Notes: generated from the sequence alone by a model not told the origin. DNA of 64,000 nucleotides from Alphaproteobacteria bacterium (GCA_052143835.1 JBKQRV010000067.1:1461-65460); one strand, 5' to 3'. Shown: positions 35,892 to 46,571, counted from the first letter of the stretch. A program made the numbers and translations.

Positions 35892-36277
35892 GCGGCATGC
35901 GCACCCCGCTCGGCCGCGTGCGCGGCCTCGGCTCCGCCAAGGGAGGAGTGGAGCACTGGTGGATGCAGCGCCTGACCGCGGTGGCGCTCGTGCCGCTCAC
36001 GCTGTGGTTCGTCTATTCGATGGTGGCGCTCACCGGCGCCGAGCATGCGAGCGTGGTCAACTGGTTCGCGCGGTCGCGCAACGCCGTGCTGATGATCCTC
36101 CTCGTCATCGCCACCTTCCACCATGGGCAGCTCGGCATCCAGGTGGTGATCGACGACTACGTCCATAGCGAGAGAACGAAGCTGGCGGCCATCATCATCG
36201 TCAAGTTCGCAGCGGTGCTGCTCGCGGCCGGCAGCATCTTCGGGATCGTGCGGATCGCCTTCGGAGTGATCGGCTGA
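35888..36277 (+). CDS. sdhD: Succinate dehydrogenase hydrophobic membrane anchor
   Basis: [41 protein letters not shown] overlap with sdhC. Confidence 0.9.
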   Translation: MSGMRTPLGRVRGLGSAKGGVEHWWMQRLTAVALVPLTLWFVYSMVALTGAEHASVVNWFARSRNAVLMILLVIATFHHGQLGIQVVIDDYVHSERTKLAAIIIVKFAAVLLAAGSIFGIVRIAFGVIG

Positions 36278-38067
36278 TGGCACAGGCATACGAGCTCATC
36301 GACCATGACTACGACGTGGTGGTCGTCGGCGCCGGCGGCGCCGGGCTGAGGGCCACCCTCGGCATCGCCGAGAAGGGACTGAAGACGGCCTGCATCAGCA
36401 AGGTCTTCCCCACGCGCAGCCACACGGTAGCGGCGCAAGGCGGCATCAGCGCAGCCCTTGGCAACATGGGCCCCGACGACTGGCGCTGGCACATGTACGA
36501 CACGGTCAAGGGCTCGGACTGGCTCGGCGACCAGGACGCCATCGAATACATGTGCCGCGAGGCGATTCCGGCGGTGATCGAGCTCGAGCACTACGGCGTG
36601 CCCTTCTCGCGCACGCCCGAGGGCAAGATCTATCAGCGCCCCTTCGGCGGCATGACGACGGAGTTCGGCGAGGGCACGGCCCAGCGCACCTGCGCCGCGG
36701 CCGACCGCACCGGCCATGCCATGCTCCACACGCTCTACGGCCAGGCGCTCAAGCGGCGGGCCGAGTTCTTCATCGAGTATTTCGCGATCGACCTCATCAT
36801 GGACGAGGACGGCGGCTGCCGCGGCGTCGTCGCCTGGAACCTGGATGACGGCACGCTCCACCGCTTCAACGCCGCCCTCACCATCCTCGCCACGGGCGGG
36901 GCGGGGCGCGTCTATTTCTCCTGCACCTCGGCCCACACCTGCACGGGCGACGGCAACGCCATGGTGCTGCGCGCCGGGCTGCCGCTCGAGGACATGGAGT
37001 TCGTGCAGTTCCACCCGACCGGCATCTACGGCGCCGGCTGCCTCATCACCGAGGGCGCGCGCGGCGAAGGCGGCTATCTCACCAACTCCGAGGGCGAGCG
37101 CTTCATGGAGCGCTACGCGCCCCACGCCAAGGACCTCGCGAGCCGCGACGTGGTCAGCCGCTCCATGACGATCGAAATGCGCGAGGGACGCGGCTGCGGC
37201 CCGAACAAGGACTATATGCTCCTTCATCTCGAGCACCTCGATGCCAAGGTCCTGCACGAGCGCCTTCCGGGCATCTCGGAGACGGCAAAGATCTTCGCGG
37301 GCGTGGAGGTGACCAAGGAGCCGATCCCGGTGCTGCCCACCTGCCATTACAACATGGGCGGCATCCCGACCAACTACCACGGCGAGGCCTTGACGCGGCT
37401 CGACGGCAATCCGGACCATGTGGTGCCCGGTCTCATGGCGATCGGCGAGGGCGCCTGCGTCTCGGTGCACGGCGCCAACCGGCTCGGCTCGAACTCGCTC
37501 CTCGACATCGTGGTCTTCGGCCGCGCCGCAGCCTTGCGCGCCGTCGAGGTGGTCAAGCCGGGCGAGCGCCCGAAGCCGCTTCCCAAGGGTGCCGGCGAGG
37601 CGGCCGTGGCCCGCCTCGACCGCCTGCGCCACGCCGACGGCTCGACGCCGACCGCCAAGCTGCGCCTCGAGATGCAGCGCACGATGCAGCGCGACTGTGC
37701 GGTCTTCCGCACCGGATCCGTCCTCGCGCAAGGCCTCAAGAAACTCGACGAATGCTGGCAGAAGCGGGCCGACCTCAAGGTGAGCGACCGCTCGCTCATC
37801 TGGAACAGCGACCTTATGGAAACGCTCGAGCTCGACAACCTGCTGGCGCAAGCGCTCACCACCATCGCCGCGGCGGCGCAGCGCACCGAGAGCCGGGGAG
37901 GGCACGCGCGCGAGGACTACCCCGAGCGCGACGACGCGCACTGGCTCAAGCACAGCCTCGTCTGGCTCGACGGGAGCGGCAAGGTGCGCCATTCCGACCG
38001 TCCGGTGCACTTGCAGCCGCTCACCAACGAGGTGCAGTCCTTCCCGCCCAAGGCGCGGGTGTATTAG
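36277..38067 (+). CDS. sdhA: Succinate dehydrogenase flavoprotein subunit
   Basis: [45 protein letters not shown]. Confidence 0.97.
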   Translation: MAQAYELIDHDYDVVVVGAGGAGLRATLGIAEKGLKTACISKVFPTRSHTVAAQGGISAALGNMGPDDWRWHMYDTVKGSDWLGDQDAIEYMCREAIPAVIELEHYGVPFSRTPEGKIYQRPFGGMTTEFGEGTAQRTCAAADRTGHAMLHTLYGQALKRRAEFFIEYFAIDLIMDEDGGCRGVVAWNLDDGTLHRFNAALTILATGGAGRVYFSCTSAHTCTGDGNAMVLRAGLPLEDMEFVQFHPTGIYGAGCLITEGARGEGGYLTNSEGERFMERYAPHAKDLASRDVVSRSMTIEMREGRGCGPNKDYMLLHLEHLDAKVLHERLPGISETAKIFAGVEVTKEPIPVLPTCHYNMGGIPTNYHGEALTRLDGNPDHVVPGLMAIGEGACVSVHGANRLGSNSLLDIVVFGRAAALRAVEVVKPGERPKPLPKGAGEAAVARLDRLRHADGSTPTAKLRLEMQRTMQRDCAVFRTGSVLAQGLKKLDECWQKRADLKVSDRSLIWNSDLMETLELDNLLAQALTTIAAAAQRTESRGGHAREDYPERDDAHWLKHSLVWLDGSGKVRHSDRPVHLQPLTNEVQSFPPKARVY

Positions 38068-38078
38068 GCAGTGTAGCG

Positions 38079-38254
38079 ATCACCACGGAGACACGGAGGT
38101 CACGGAGATCGCGGAGAAGCAAGCTTTCAGCGCAGAGGTCGTAGAGGATGCGCAGAGGCCGCAAGGTATAAATTTTCTCTCCGCGTCCTCTGCGCATCCT
38201 CTGCGACCTCTGCGCTAAGCCTTTCCTCTGTTCTTCTCCGTGCCTCCGTGGTGA
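38079..38254. repeat. Family B long inverted repeat, copy B3 (~176-bp near-perfect palindrome) between sdhA and sdhB
   Basis: GATCACCACGGAGACACGGAGGTCACGGAG...CAGCGCAGAGGTCGTAGAGGATGCGCAGAGG is mirrored by CCTCTGCGCATCCTCTGCGACCTCTGCGCT...CTCCGTGCCTCCGTGGTGAATC. Confidence 0.9.
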
Positions 38255-38296
38255 ATCCTTTTAAGAGCCTGTCGTCGTAATCAGAGGGCCGAGGCC

Positions 38297-39073
38297 ATGG
38301 TTGAATTCACGCTTCCCGCCAACTCCAAGGTGCGGCCCGGCAAGGTAAATGCGGGACCGGCGGACGCCAAGCGGCCCAAGGTCTTCAAGATCTACCGCTG
38401 GAGCCCGGACGACGACGCGAACCCGCGGATCGACAGCTACACCGTCGATCTCGCCGACTGCGCGCCCATGGTCTTGGACGCGCTCATCAAGATCAAGAAC
38501 GAGGTCGATGCCACCCTCACCTTCCGCCGCTCCTGCCGCGAGGGCGTGTGCGGTAGCTGCGCCATGAACATCGACGGCACCAACACGCTCGCCTGCACCA
38601 AGCCGATCGAGGAGGTGAAGGGCGACGTCAAGATCTATCCGCTCCCGCACATGAAGGTAGTGAAGGACCTCGTCCCCGACATGACCGAGCTCTACGCCCA
38701 GCACGCCGCCATCGAGCCGTGGCTCAAGACGGAGAGTGCGGCACCCGACCGCGAGCGGCTGCAAGCGCCCGAGGACCGCGCCAAGCTCGACGGACTCTAC
38801 GAGTGCATCCTCTGCGCCTGCTGCTCGACCGCCTGCCCGAGCTACTGGTGGAACAGCGCGCGCTATCTCGGCCCCGCCGTCCTCCTGCAGGCGCACCGCT
38901 GGATCGTCGACAGCCGCGACGAGGCGACGGGCGAGCGGCTCGACCAGCTCGAGGACCCCTTCCGCCTCTACCGCTGCCACACGATCATGAACTGCACCAA
39001 GACCTGCCCCAAGCACCTCAACCCGGCCAAAGCGATCGGCGAGATCAAGAGGCTCATCCTCGGGCGGCGCTGA
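38297..39073 (+). CDS. sdhB: Succinate dehydrogenase iron-sulfur subunit
   Basis: [49 protein letters not shown]. Confidence 0.97.
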   Translation: MVEFTLPANSKVRPGKVNAGPADAKRPKVFKIYRWSPDDDANPRIDSYTVDLADCAPMVLDALIKIKNEVDATLTFRRSCREGVCGSCAMNIDGTNTLACTKPIEEVKGDVKIYPLPHMKVVKDLVPDMTELYAQHAAIEPWLKTESAAPDRERLQAPEDRAKLDGLYECILCACCSTACPSYWWNSARYLGPAVLLQAHRWIVDSRDEATGERLDQLEDPFRLYRCHTIMNCTKTCPKHLNPAKAIGEIKRLILGRR

Positions 39074-39186
39074 GACGTCGAGTGGTCCCGAAAAGCCCAT
39101 AAAGTGGCTCTTTCGGGGATGCCACTTTCTCCGCTACGCTCAGCCCTCGGCCGCGCGCTTAGGTCCGGCGAGAAGAGGACAAAGGC

Positions 39187-39810
39187 ATGTATATCCCCAA
39201 GGGCTTCGAGGTCGAGGATCTCGCGACCCTCCACGGCTTCATGGAGGAGCACAGCTTCGCCATCTTGACCGGTACCCTCGACGGCGCTCCCTTCGCGACC
39301 CACCTCCCGCTCCTCATCGACCGCGAGCGCGGCGAGAAGGGCACCATCGTGGGCCACATCGCGCGCGCCAATTCCCACGGGAAAATCCTCGACGGCACGA
39401 CCCCGGCGCTTGCCATCTTCAGCGGCCCGCACGCCTACGTCTCGCCGAGCTGGTACGCCTCCAAGGACGTGGTGCCGACCTGGCTCTATACGGTCGTCCA
39501 CGCCTACGGCAGGCCGCGGGTGAGCGCTGATCCGGCCCGCGTGCGCGCGCTCCTCGAGCGCATGGTGCGGCTCTTCGAGAGCGGCTCGAAGCACCCGTGG
39601 CAGCTCGCGAGCCAGCGCGAGGCCTATCTCGAGGGCATGCAGAAGGCGATCATCGCCTTCGAGATGCCGATCGAGCGCATCGAGGGCAAGTTCAAGCTCA
39701 ACCAGATCAAGAGCGAGGCCGACCGCCGCGGCACCATCGCCGGGCTCGAGGCGACCGGCGATGCGATGTCCCGCGAGATCGCCGCCCTCATGCTGGCGCG
39801 GGAGCCCTGA
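39187..39810 (+). CDS. FMN-binding negative transcriptional regulator (PaiB family)
   Basis: MYIPKGFEVEDL, GHIARANSH, GPHAYVSPSWY, GKFKLNQ. Confidence 0.85.
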   Translation: MYIPKGFEVEDLATLHGFMEEHSFAILTGTLDGAPFATHLPLLIDRERGEKGTIVGHIARANSHGKILDGTTPALAIFSGPHAYVSPSWYASKDVVPTWLYTVVHAYGRPRVSADPARVRALLERMVRLFESGSKHPWQLASQREAYLEGMQKAIIAFEMPIERIEGKFKLNQIKSEADRRGTIAGLEATGDAMSREIAALMLAREP

Positions 39811-39823
39811 GGGGTGCGGCAGC

Positions 39824-40030
39824 TCAGCCGAGCTTGATACTGCCCGCGATCTCGTGGGCGAGGCCGAGCCTGTCGATGGTGAGCACCATCCTCGCCTGGA
39901 GCGTCTCCCGATCGGAGAGCTTGCCGGCGGCGAGCGCTTGCCGCACCGCCGCCTCGATCTCGCGCTGGGAGGTGACGCCGACCGTCTTCAGAAACTTGCG
40001 CACGTCCATGTTGAAGATGTCCTCGTTCAT
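39824..40030 (-). CDS. Small DUF6494-like hypothetical protein
   Basis: MNEDIFNMDVRKFLKTVGVTSQREIEAAVRQAL (68 aa). ATG 40030 chosen within track ORF 39824..40120. Confidence 0.6.
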   Translation of the reverse strand: MNEDIFNMDVRKFLKTVGVTSQREIEAAVRQALAAGKLSDRETLQARMVLTIDRLGLAHEIAGSIKLG

Positions 40031-40114
40031 GGCTCCCTTCCCTTCGCTCGAGTGCGCGACGGCGTTGCGACTTCGATAAAGCAGGCAAGCCAGCTTAGCA
40101 TCGGGCATTTTCTT

Positions 40115-40167
40115 CGTCATTCCCGCGAAAAGCGGGAATCCACCCCCCCGCTTTCGCGGGGGTGACG
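40115..40167. repeat. Family D inverted-repeat element, copy D2
   Basis: CGTCATTCCCGCGAAAAGCGGGAATCC-ACCCCCCCGCTTTCGCGGGGGTGACG; reverse complement matches 63644-63705. Confidence 0.85.
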
Positions 40168-40198
40168 ACCGGCGCGCTTCAACGCGCCGGATGCTGCT

Positions 40199-41077
40199 CT
40201 ACGCCTGCGCCACGGTCGGCGCATCGCCGGCGACCGTGGTGCGGCGCATGTCGCGCACTTCGCTCTCGTCGAAGCGGCGCACCCGGTGCATGGTCTGGCG
40301 GTTGTCCCACATGACGAGGTCGAAACAGCACCACTTGTGCACGTAGACGAACTTTGCCTGCGTCGCGTGCTCGGTCAAGTCGCGCAGGAAGGCGCGCGCC
40401 TCCGGCACGGGCCAGCCGAGGATGGTGCCGGCGTGCGAGGCGAGATAGAGCGATTTGCGGCCTGTGACCGGATGCGTGCGCACGAGACGCTGGCGCACGG
40501 GCTTGAACATCAGGCATTCCTCCGGCGTGAATTCGGTGAAGCCGAGGGCACCACGCGAATAGAGGAGCGAATGCTCGCAGACGAGGTCCTCGACCTCGGC
40601 CTTGGTGCGCTTATCGAGCGCGTCGTAGGCGGCGCGCATGTCGGCGAACTCGGTGTCCCCTCCCCAATTCGCGACCGTGCGGGCCGAGAGGAGCGAGTAT
40701 TTCGCCGGGATCGCCCGGTAGGAGCTGTCCGAATGCCAGAGGCGGTTGCCGAGATTGAAGTAGCGCCGCCGGTCGTCGCGGGCGAGGGGCTTGTGCTCCT
40801 GGTCGAGGTTGGAGACGTCGTTCATCTGCGGCGGAAGGCGCTTCTCGTGCGCCCGGGTGACGTTGCCGCCGGCCGAGTTCTCGATCTCGCCGAAGTTGCG
40901 GGTGAAGGCGATCTGCTGCGCGTCGCTGATCCGCTGCTCGTGGAAGACGAGCACGGCGAAGCGGTCCATCCCCGCCTCGATCGCGGCCACCTCCTCGCGC
41001 GCCAAGGGCTTGGTGAGGTCGCATCCCGAGACCTCGCCTCCGATGGTGGGATGGAGCGGGCGGATGGAGACCGCCAT
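40199..41077 (-). CDS. TauD/TfdA-family Fe(II)/2-oxoglutarate-dependent dioxygenase
   Basis: MAVSIRPLHPTIGGEVSG, LWHSDSSY, GGDTEFADM, VMWDNRQTMHR. Confidence 0.85.
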   Translation of the reverse strand: MAVSIRPLHPTIGGEVSGCDLTKPLAREEVAAIEAGMDRFAVLVFHEQRISDAQQIAFTRNFGEIENSAGGNVTRAHEKRLPPQMNDVSNLDQEHKPLARDDRRRYFNLGNRLWHSDSSYRAIPAKYSLLSARTVANWGGDTEFADMRAAYDALDKRTKAEVEDLVCEHSLLYSRGALGFTEFTPEECLMFKPVRQRLVRTHPVTGRKSLYLASHAGTILGWPVPEARAFLRDLTEHATQAKFVYVHKWCCFDLVMWDNRQTMHRVRRFDESEVRDMRRTTVAGDAPTVAQA

Positions 41078-41228
41078 TGGGCTCGAGCTCCGACAATACC
41101 AGCCTGAGGCGGGAAGGATAGCAATTGCAGGGGTCCGTGTCACGAGTTGCCGCCCGGAACCTGGATCGCCGCGGCTCGCCGTGCTAGCGTCGCGCTTTGC
41201 CAAGGGAGAGCGCGGAGGACGGCCGTCC

Positions 41229-42593
41229 ATGAATCTCAACGCCTTGCTCGGAAAGCGCGCGGAGGAGGGCCGGCCCGTCCGCGTGGCGCTGATCGGCGCC
41301 GGCAAGTTCGGCACCATGTTCCTCGCGCAGGTGCGGCGCACGGCGGGCCTGCAGCTTGTCGGCATCGCCGATCTTTCGCCCGCGCGGGCCAAGGCGGCCC
41401 TCGAGCGCACCGGCTGGCCCGCCGCCCAGATCGGCGCCGCGAGCTTCGCCGAGGCAGTAGCGCGCGGCTCGGTGTGTCTCAGCGATGACGCCGAGGCGCT
41501 CATCGCGGCCGACGGGCTCGAGGTGGTGATCGAGGCGACCGGCGTGCCCGCGGCCGGCCTGCGCCACGCCATGGCGGCGATCCGCCGCGGGCGCCATGTG
41601 GTGATGGTGACCGTCGAGGCCGACGTGCTCGCGGGCCCGCTCCTGGCAAAGCGGGCGCAGGCGGCGGGGGTGGTCTACAGCATGGCCTACGGCGACCAGC
41701 CAGCGCTCATCGCCGAGCAGGTCGATTGGGCGCGCGCCATCGGCCTCGACATCGTGGCCGCGGGCAAGGGCACCAAATATCTCCCCGAGTACCATCAATC
41801 GACGCCCGAGACCGTGTGGCCCTATTACGGCCTGACGCCCGAGGCGGCCGCCGCCGGCGGGATGAATCCCCAGATGTTCAATTCCTTCCTCGATGGCACC
41901 AAGTCGGCGATCGAGATGGCGGCGGTGGCGAACGCGACCGGGCTGGTGCCGCAGGCGGACGGGCTCGGCTTTCCGCCCGCAGGCGTCGACGATCTGCCGG
42001 GCGTGTGCCGGCCGCGCGGGGACGGCGGCACGCTCGCGCACAAGGGAACCGTCGAGGTGGTGTCGAGCTTGAAGCGCGACGGCAGTCCCGTCTTCCGCGA
42101 CCTGCGCTGGGGCGTCTATGTCACCTTCGAGGCGCCGAGCGACTATGTGAAGCGCTGCTTCGCCGAATACGGCCTCCATACCGACGAGAGCGGACGCTAC
42201 GCAGCACTCTATCGCCCCTATCATCTGATCGGGCTCGAGCTCGGCATCAGCGTCGCCTCGGCGGCGCTGCGCGGCGAGGCGACCGGCTCGGCCCGGGCCT
42301 TCATGGGCGACGCGGTCGCGACGGCGAAGCGCGACCTCGCTCCAGGCGAGGTGCTCGACGGCGAGGGCGGCTACATGGTCTACGGCAAGCTGATGCCCGC
42401 CGAGAGATCGCTCGAGCTCGGCTGCCTCCCGATCGGGCTCGCGCACAAGGTCAAGCTCACGGCTGCGGTGAAGGCCGGTAGTGTCTTGCGCTGGTCGGAT
42501 GTGGCGGTTGACGCGAACGACATCGCCGTCCGCCTGCGCCGGGAGATGGAGGCGGCTTTCGCCCGCAGCAACCGCCCCCAGGCTGCGCAGTAG
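41229..42593 (+). CDS. NAD(P)-binding oxidoreductase with C-terminal SAF domain (homoserine-dehydrogenase-like, COG4091 type)
   Basis: VRVALIGAGKFGTMFLAQ Rossmann motif; C-terminal GEVLDGEGGYMVYGKL..LPIGLAH. Confidence 0.75.
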   Translation: MNLNALLGKRAEEGRPVRVALIGAGKFGTMFLAQVRRTAGLQLVGIADLSPARAKAALERTGWPAAQIGAASFAEAVARGSVCLSDDAEALIAADGLEVVIEATGVPAAGLRHAMAAIRRGRHVVMVTVEADVLAGPLLAKRAQAAGVVYSMAYGDQPALIAEQVDWARAIGLDIVAAGKGTKYLPEYHQSTPETVWPYYGLTPEAAAAGGMNPQMFNSFLDGTKSAIEMAAVANATGLVPQADGLGFPPAGVDDLPGVCRPRGDGGTLAHKGTVEVVSSLKRDGSPVFRDLRWGVYVTFEAPSDYVKRCFAEYGLHTDESGRYAALYRPYHLIGLELGISVASAALRGEATGSARAFMGDAVATAKRDLAPGEVLDGEGGYMVYGKLMPAERSLELGCLPIGLAHKVKLTAAVKAGSVLRWSDVAVDANDIAVRLRREMEAAFARSNRPQAAQ

Positions 42594-42624
42594 CCGCGCT
42601 GCTTGCGATCAGAATGCGCTCGTC

Positions 42625-42735
42625 CGTCGTCCCGGCGAAAGCCGGGACCCATTTCAGAGCAGGTGCGTCGCCTTTCCTCTTTGCGACAATGGTGATTCTG
42701 GTCAATGGATACCGGCTTTCGCCGGTAATGACGGA
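42625..42735. repeat. Family D-like element, copy D3
   Basis: CGTCGTCCCGGCGAAAGCCGGGACCC ... GGATACCGGCTTTCGCCGGTAATGACGG. Confidence 0.7.
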
Positions 42736-42830
42736 GCCGGTAACGTGCGGGTTCAACAAATGCGATTGCCCTGCCCTCAAGGGGGGAAGGGATCGGCGAT
42801 TTTTGCGCGAGGGATCAGCAAGGAGTCTGC

Positions 42831-43577
42831 ATGAGTAGCGTGCTCGTCATCACCGGCGGCAGCCGCGGCATCGGTGCGGCGACCGCCCGCCTCGCGGCAC
42901 GGCGCGGCTACGACGTCTGCTTCAACTATCGCGGCAACCGCGAGGCCGCGGACAAGGTGGTGGCCGCGATCGAGCAGGCGGGCGGCCGCGCCTTGGCCGT
43001 GCGCGGCAACGTCGCCGAGGAGGCCGATGTGGTGGGCCTCTTCGATGCGGCGGAGCAGGCCTTCGGCCGGGTCCGCGGCCTCGTCAACAACGCGGGCATC
43101 GTCGGCCCGTCGAGCCCGGCGGCCGATGTGCCGCTTGCCGCCTTGCGCGAGCTCTTCGACACGAACGTGCTCGGCGCCTTCCTCGCGGCGCGCGAGGCGG
43201 TGCGCCGCATGTCGACCGCGCGTGGCGGCAAGGGGGGCTCAATCGTCAATCTCTCCTCCATGGCGGCCTTCTTGGGCGCACCCGGCGAGTTCGTGCATTA
43301 CGCCGCCTCCAAGGGTGCGATTGAGACGCTCACCATCGGCTTGAGCCGCGAGGTCGCGCGCGAGGGCATCCGGGTGAACGCGGTCGCACCCGGCCTCATC
43401 GACACCGAGATCCATGCCTCGGCGGGAATGCCCGACCGTGTCGAGAAATTGGGCCCCATGGTCCCGATGGGCCGCAGCGGCACGGCAGACGAGGTCGCCG
43501 AGGCGATCCTCTGGCTGCTCTCGGACGCCGCCTCCTACGTGACCGGCACCACGCTCCGCGTCTCGGGCGGGCGCTGA
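42831..43577 (+). CDS. SDR-family oxidoreductase
   Basis: ITGGSRGIGAATA, NNAGI, YAASKGA. Confidence 0.9.
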   Translation: MSSVLVITGGSRGIGAATARLAARRGYDVCFNYRGNREAADKVVAAIEQAGGRALAVRGNVAEEADVVGLFDAAEQAFGRVRGLVNNAGIVGPSSPAADVPLAALRELFDTNVLGAFLAAREAVRRMSTARGGKGGSIVNLSSMAAFLGAPGEFVHYAASKGAIETLTIGLSREVAREGIRVNAVAPGLIDTEIHASAGMPDRVEKLGPMVPMGRSGTADEVAEAILWLLSDAASYVTGTTLRVSGGR

Positions 43578-43609
43578 GGCGGGGACCCCGCGATTCCGCT
43601 CGCCCGGTG

Positions 43610-44734
43610 ATGACCAGCACCTCAAGCCTGCGGGGACTGCTCGGCGCCTATCGCGCTTTGCGCGAGGCGGGCCAACTCAACCCCGATCCCGCCCAGCTCC
43701 TTGCCGCCGAGAAGCTGCAGGCGCTCGCGAACGCGCTGCAGCGCTACCGCCCGGCAGGGAACGGCAACGGCTGGAAGGCCCGGCTCGGGCGATTGAGCCG
43801 CAACAATGCAACGCCGCAGGGCCTCTACCTGTGCGGCGACGCGGGGCGGGGGAAATCCATGCTGATGGATCTTTTCTTCGCGCACGCGGCGACCCCCCGC
43901 AAGCGGCGCGTCCACTTCCACGCCTTCATGCTCGAGGTGCATGAGCGCATCCATCGCCTGCGCCAGAGGGGGAAGGGCGAGACCATCGCCCCTCTGGCGC
44001 AAGCGCTCTCGGAGCAGGCCTGGCTCCTCTGCTTCGACGAGTTCCACGTCACCGACATCGCGGACGCCATGATTCTCGGGCGCCTCTTCGAGGCGCTCTT
44101 CGCAGCCGGCGTCGTGGTCGTCGCCACCTCGAACTTCGCGCCCGACGAGCTCTACAAGGGAGGCCTCAAGCGCGAGCTCTTCCTGCCTTTCATCGCACTC
44201 ATCAAGGAGAAACTCGACGTGCTCCATCTTGGAGGCGGGGTCGATTGGCGCCGGCAGCGCCTGCGCGGCATGCGCACCTACCTGACCCCGCTCGGTGCCA
44301 CGGCGAGTGCTGCCTTGAGCCAGTCCTTCAAGGCCTTGAGCGACGGCGCCGAGGCGGGCCCCGACACCCTCATCGTGCAAGGCCGCACCCTCACCCTTGC
44401 GCGCGCGGCCAACGGCGTGCTCCACACGAGCTTCGCCGAGCTTTGCGAGGCGCCGCTCGGGCCCGCCGATTACCTCGCGATCGCCCAGCATTATCGCGCG
44501 GTCGTGCTCGACGGCATTCCGCGTCTCGGGCCGGAGCGGCGCAACGAGGCGCGCCGGTTCGTCACCCTCATCGACGAGCTCTACGAGCACAGGGTCCATC
44601 TCGTCTCAGCGGCCGCGGCCGAGCCCGATCTCATCTGCCCGGCGGGCGACGTGGCCGAGCTCTTTCGCCGCGCCGCCTCGCGGCTCATCGAAATGCAGAC
44701 CGCCGAATACATCGACCTCGAGCATCTGACCTGA
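43610..44734 (+). CDS. zapE: Cell division protein ZapE (AFG1-like ATPase)
   Basis: GLYLCGDAGRGKSMLMDLFF Walker A; LLCFDEFHVTDIADAM. Confidence 0.9.
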   Translation: MTSTSSLRGLLGAYRALREAGQLNPDPAQLLAAEKLQALANALQRYRPAGNGNGWKARLGRLSRNNATPQGLYLCGDAGRGKSMLMDLFFAHAATPRKRRVHFHAFMLEVHERIHRLRQRGKGETIAPLAQALSEQAWLLCFDEFHVTDIADAMILGRLFEALFAAGVVVVATSNFAPDELYKGGLKRELFLPFIALIKEKLDVLHLGGGVDWRRQRLRGMRTYLTPLGATASAALSQSFKALSDGAEAGPDTLIVQGRTLTLARAANGVLHTSFAELCEAPLGPADYLAIAQHYRAVVLDGIPRLGPERRNEARRFVTLIDELYEHRVHLVSAAAAEPDLICPAGDVAELFRRAASRLIEMQTAEYIDLEHLT

Positions 44735-44742
44735 GGTATCCC

Positions 44743-45753
44743 ATGCAGGCCTATCACCTTCTCGAGCCCTATGGTTTCGCCGCCCTGCGACCGGTCGAGC
44801 TCGCCCGTCCCGAGCCGGGGCCGGGCGAGGTGCTGGTGCGCGTGCGCGCGGTCTCGCTCAATTATCGCGACCTCCTCATCGTCAAGGGCGACTACAGCCG
44901 CCGCCTCAAGCTGCCGCTCGTTCCGGGCTCGGACGGCGCCGGCGAGGTGGCGGCGGTCGGACCTGGGGTGAGCCGCTTCGCTCCCGGCGACCGCGTGGTC
45001 GCCGCCTTCTTCCAACGTTGGCTTGCGGGGCCCATCGGGCCTGAGGCGCGGGCGTCGGCACTCGGTGCCGGCTATCGCGGCATGCTCGCCGAATATGTGG
45101 TGCTCAGCGAGGCGGGACTCCTTGCTGTGCCTGAGCATCTCTCCTTCGCCGAGGCGGCCTGCCTTCCTTGCGCTGGCGTCACCGCCTGGCACGCGCTCGA
45201 GGCGGACGAGCCGGCCGCGAGTAGGGAGACCGTGGTCACGCAAGGCACGGGCGGGGTCTCGATCTTCGCGCTTCAGCTCGCCAAGCTGAGGGGCTGCCGC
45301 GTGATCGCGACCTCGAGCCGCGACGAGCGCTGCCAGCACCTCGAGACCCTCGGCGCCGATGCGACGATCAACTACCGCACCACGCCCGAATGGGACCAGC
45401 GCGTGCTCGAGCTCACCCAGGGTCTGGGTGCGGACCGAATCGTCGAGGTCGGCGGCGCCGGCACCCTTCAGCGCTCGCTCCGCGCGCTCAGGCCTGGCGG
45501 CCTCATTGCCGTGATCGGCGTGCTGTCGGGCAAGGGCGCTTCCTTCGATCCCATGCCCATCATCATGAAGAGCGCGCGGCTTTACGGCATCAGCGTCGGC
45601 TCGAAGGAGATGTTCGAGGCGATGAACCGCACCATCGTCGCGCACGCCCTCCATCCGGTAATCGACCGCACCTTCCCCTTCGCCGAGCTCCACGCCGCAC
45701 TCCGCCACATGGAGGCGGGCGCGCATTTCGGGAAGATTTGCGTAGAGGTTTGA
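44743..45753 (+). CDS. Zinc-type/medium-chain NAD(P)-dependent alcohol dehydrogenase or quinone oxidoreductase
   Basis: GEVLVRVRAVSLNYRDL, PGSDGAGEV, TQGTGGVSIFALQLAK. Confidence 0.85.
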   Translation: MQAYHLLEPYGFAALRPVELARPEPGPGEVLVRVRAVSLNYRDLLIVKGDYSRRLKLPLVPGSDGAGEVAAVGPGVSRFAPGDRVVAAFFQRWLAGPIGPEARASALGAGYRGMLAEYVVLSEAGLLAVPEHLSFAEAACLPCAGVTAWHALEADEPAASRETVVTQGTGGVSIFALQLAKLRGCRVIATSSRDERCQHLETLGADATINYRTTPEWDQRVLELTQGLGADRIVEVGGAGTLQRSLRALRPGGLIAVIGVLSGKGASFDPMPIIMKSARLYGISVGSKEMFEAMNRTIVAHALHPVIDRTFPFAELHAALRHMEAGAHFGKICVEV

Positions 45754-45842
45754 GGCGCTGTCTCTGCCGTTTGAGTTTGAGGCAACCATTGCCTATTTCG
45801 ATCAGTGAGGCGAAGCTGCCACGCTGGCGTTTTGCGCGCCGA

Positions 45843-46304
45843 ATGGCTGCGTCTCAATCGGAGGGTTCGAGCGTGGCTACCGATGCGCCGAATATAACAG
45901 CGGTTCGCGCCGACAAAGCTCGACGTCTGGTCGTCACCTGGAAGGGTGGGGCTGAAAGCGTCGTCGATCTATCGAAGCACTTGGCGCACTACGCGATATT
46001 TGCCCCACTCCGCCGAAGCGACAAGCTATTCCGCGCGCTCGAGGTTGGCGAGTGGGGCTGGTGCGTCCATTGGTCGCCCGATCTGGAGATCTCCTCGGAC
46101 GCACTCTGGCGGCTCGCACTGGAACAGGGAGCTGCCTGGTTGCGCATGTGGCGCAAGGCGCGCCGGCTGACCCAGAGCGAGGCGGCAAGGGCCTTGGGCG
46201 TGAGCCCGCGCATGTGGCGCTATTATGAGGCAGGCTCGCACCTCCTGCCCAAGACCGTGCGACTTGCCTGCATCGGCTTCGACGCCCAGGCGCGCGCGGC
46301 CTGA
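45843..46304 (+). CDS. DUF2442-like domain fused to a C-terminal XRE-type HTH
   Basis: ITAVRADKARRLVVTWKGGAESVVDL..EVGEWGWCVHWSPDLEISSDALW, then RKARRLTQSEAARALGVSPRMWRYYEAG. ATG 45843 within track ORF 45390..46304. Confidence 0.65.
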   Translation: MAASQSEGSSVATDAPNITAVRADKARRLVVTWKGGAESVVDLSKHLAHYAIFAPLRRSDKLFRALEVGEWGWCVHWSPDLEISSDALWRLALEQGAAWLRMWRKARRLTQSEAARALGVSPRMWRYYEAGSHLLPKTVRLACIGFDAQARAA

Positions 46305-46571
46305 GGCGCTACCCGCCCGCCCGCGCTTGCAATCGTCGTTACGCGGCGGACAATATGACGTCCGGTGCCACCATCAGGGCGCCTGCTCATTCGATCATCT
46401 CGTCGGCGCGGGCAAGGAGCGACGGCGATCGCGACAGCATTCAGAGCCGCAGGGTTTCGGAAGCTGCCACCACCGGGGTTCCTGCTGCCGTAATTAGATG
46501 CCCCGAACGGGCAATGGCCGGCATTTAATCGGTACCGCTTGCGATTCCGTGGCAATCAGTATTGGAGGCGA

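Noticed and set aside
39083-39130. Rho-independent terminator after sdhB
   Set aside because: A hairpin can be drawn (AAAGTGGC...GCCACTTT). However, the stem is AT-rich with a 12-nt loop and no clean U-tract, so it is too weak to call.
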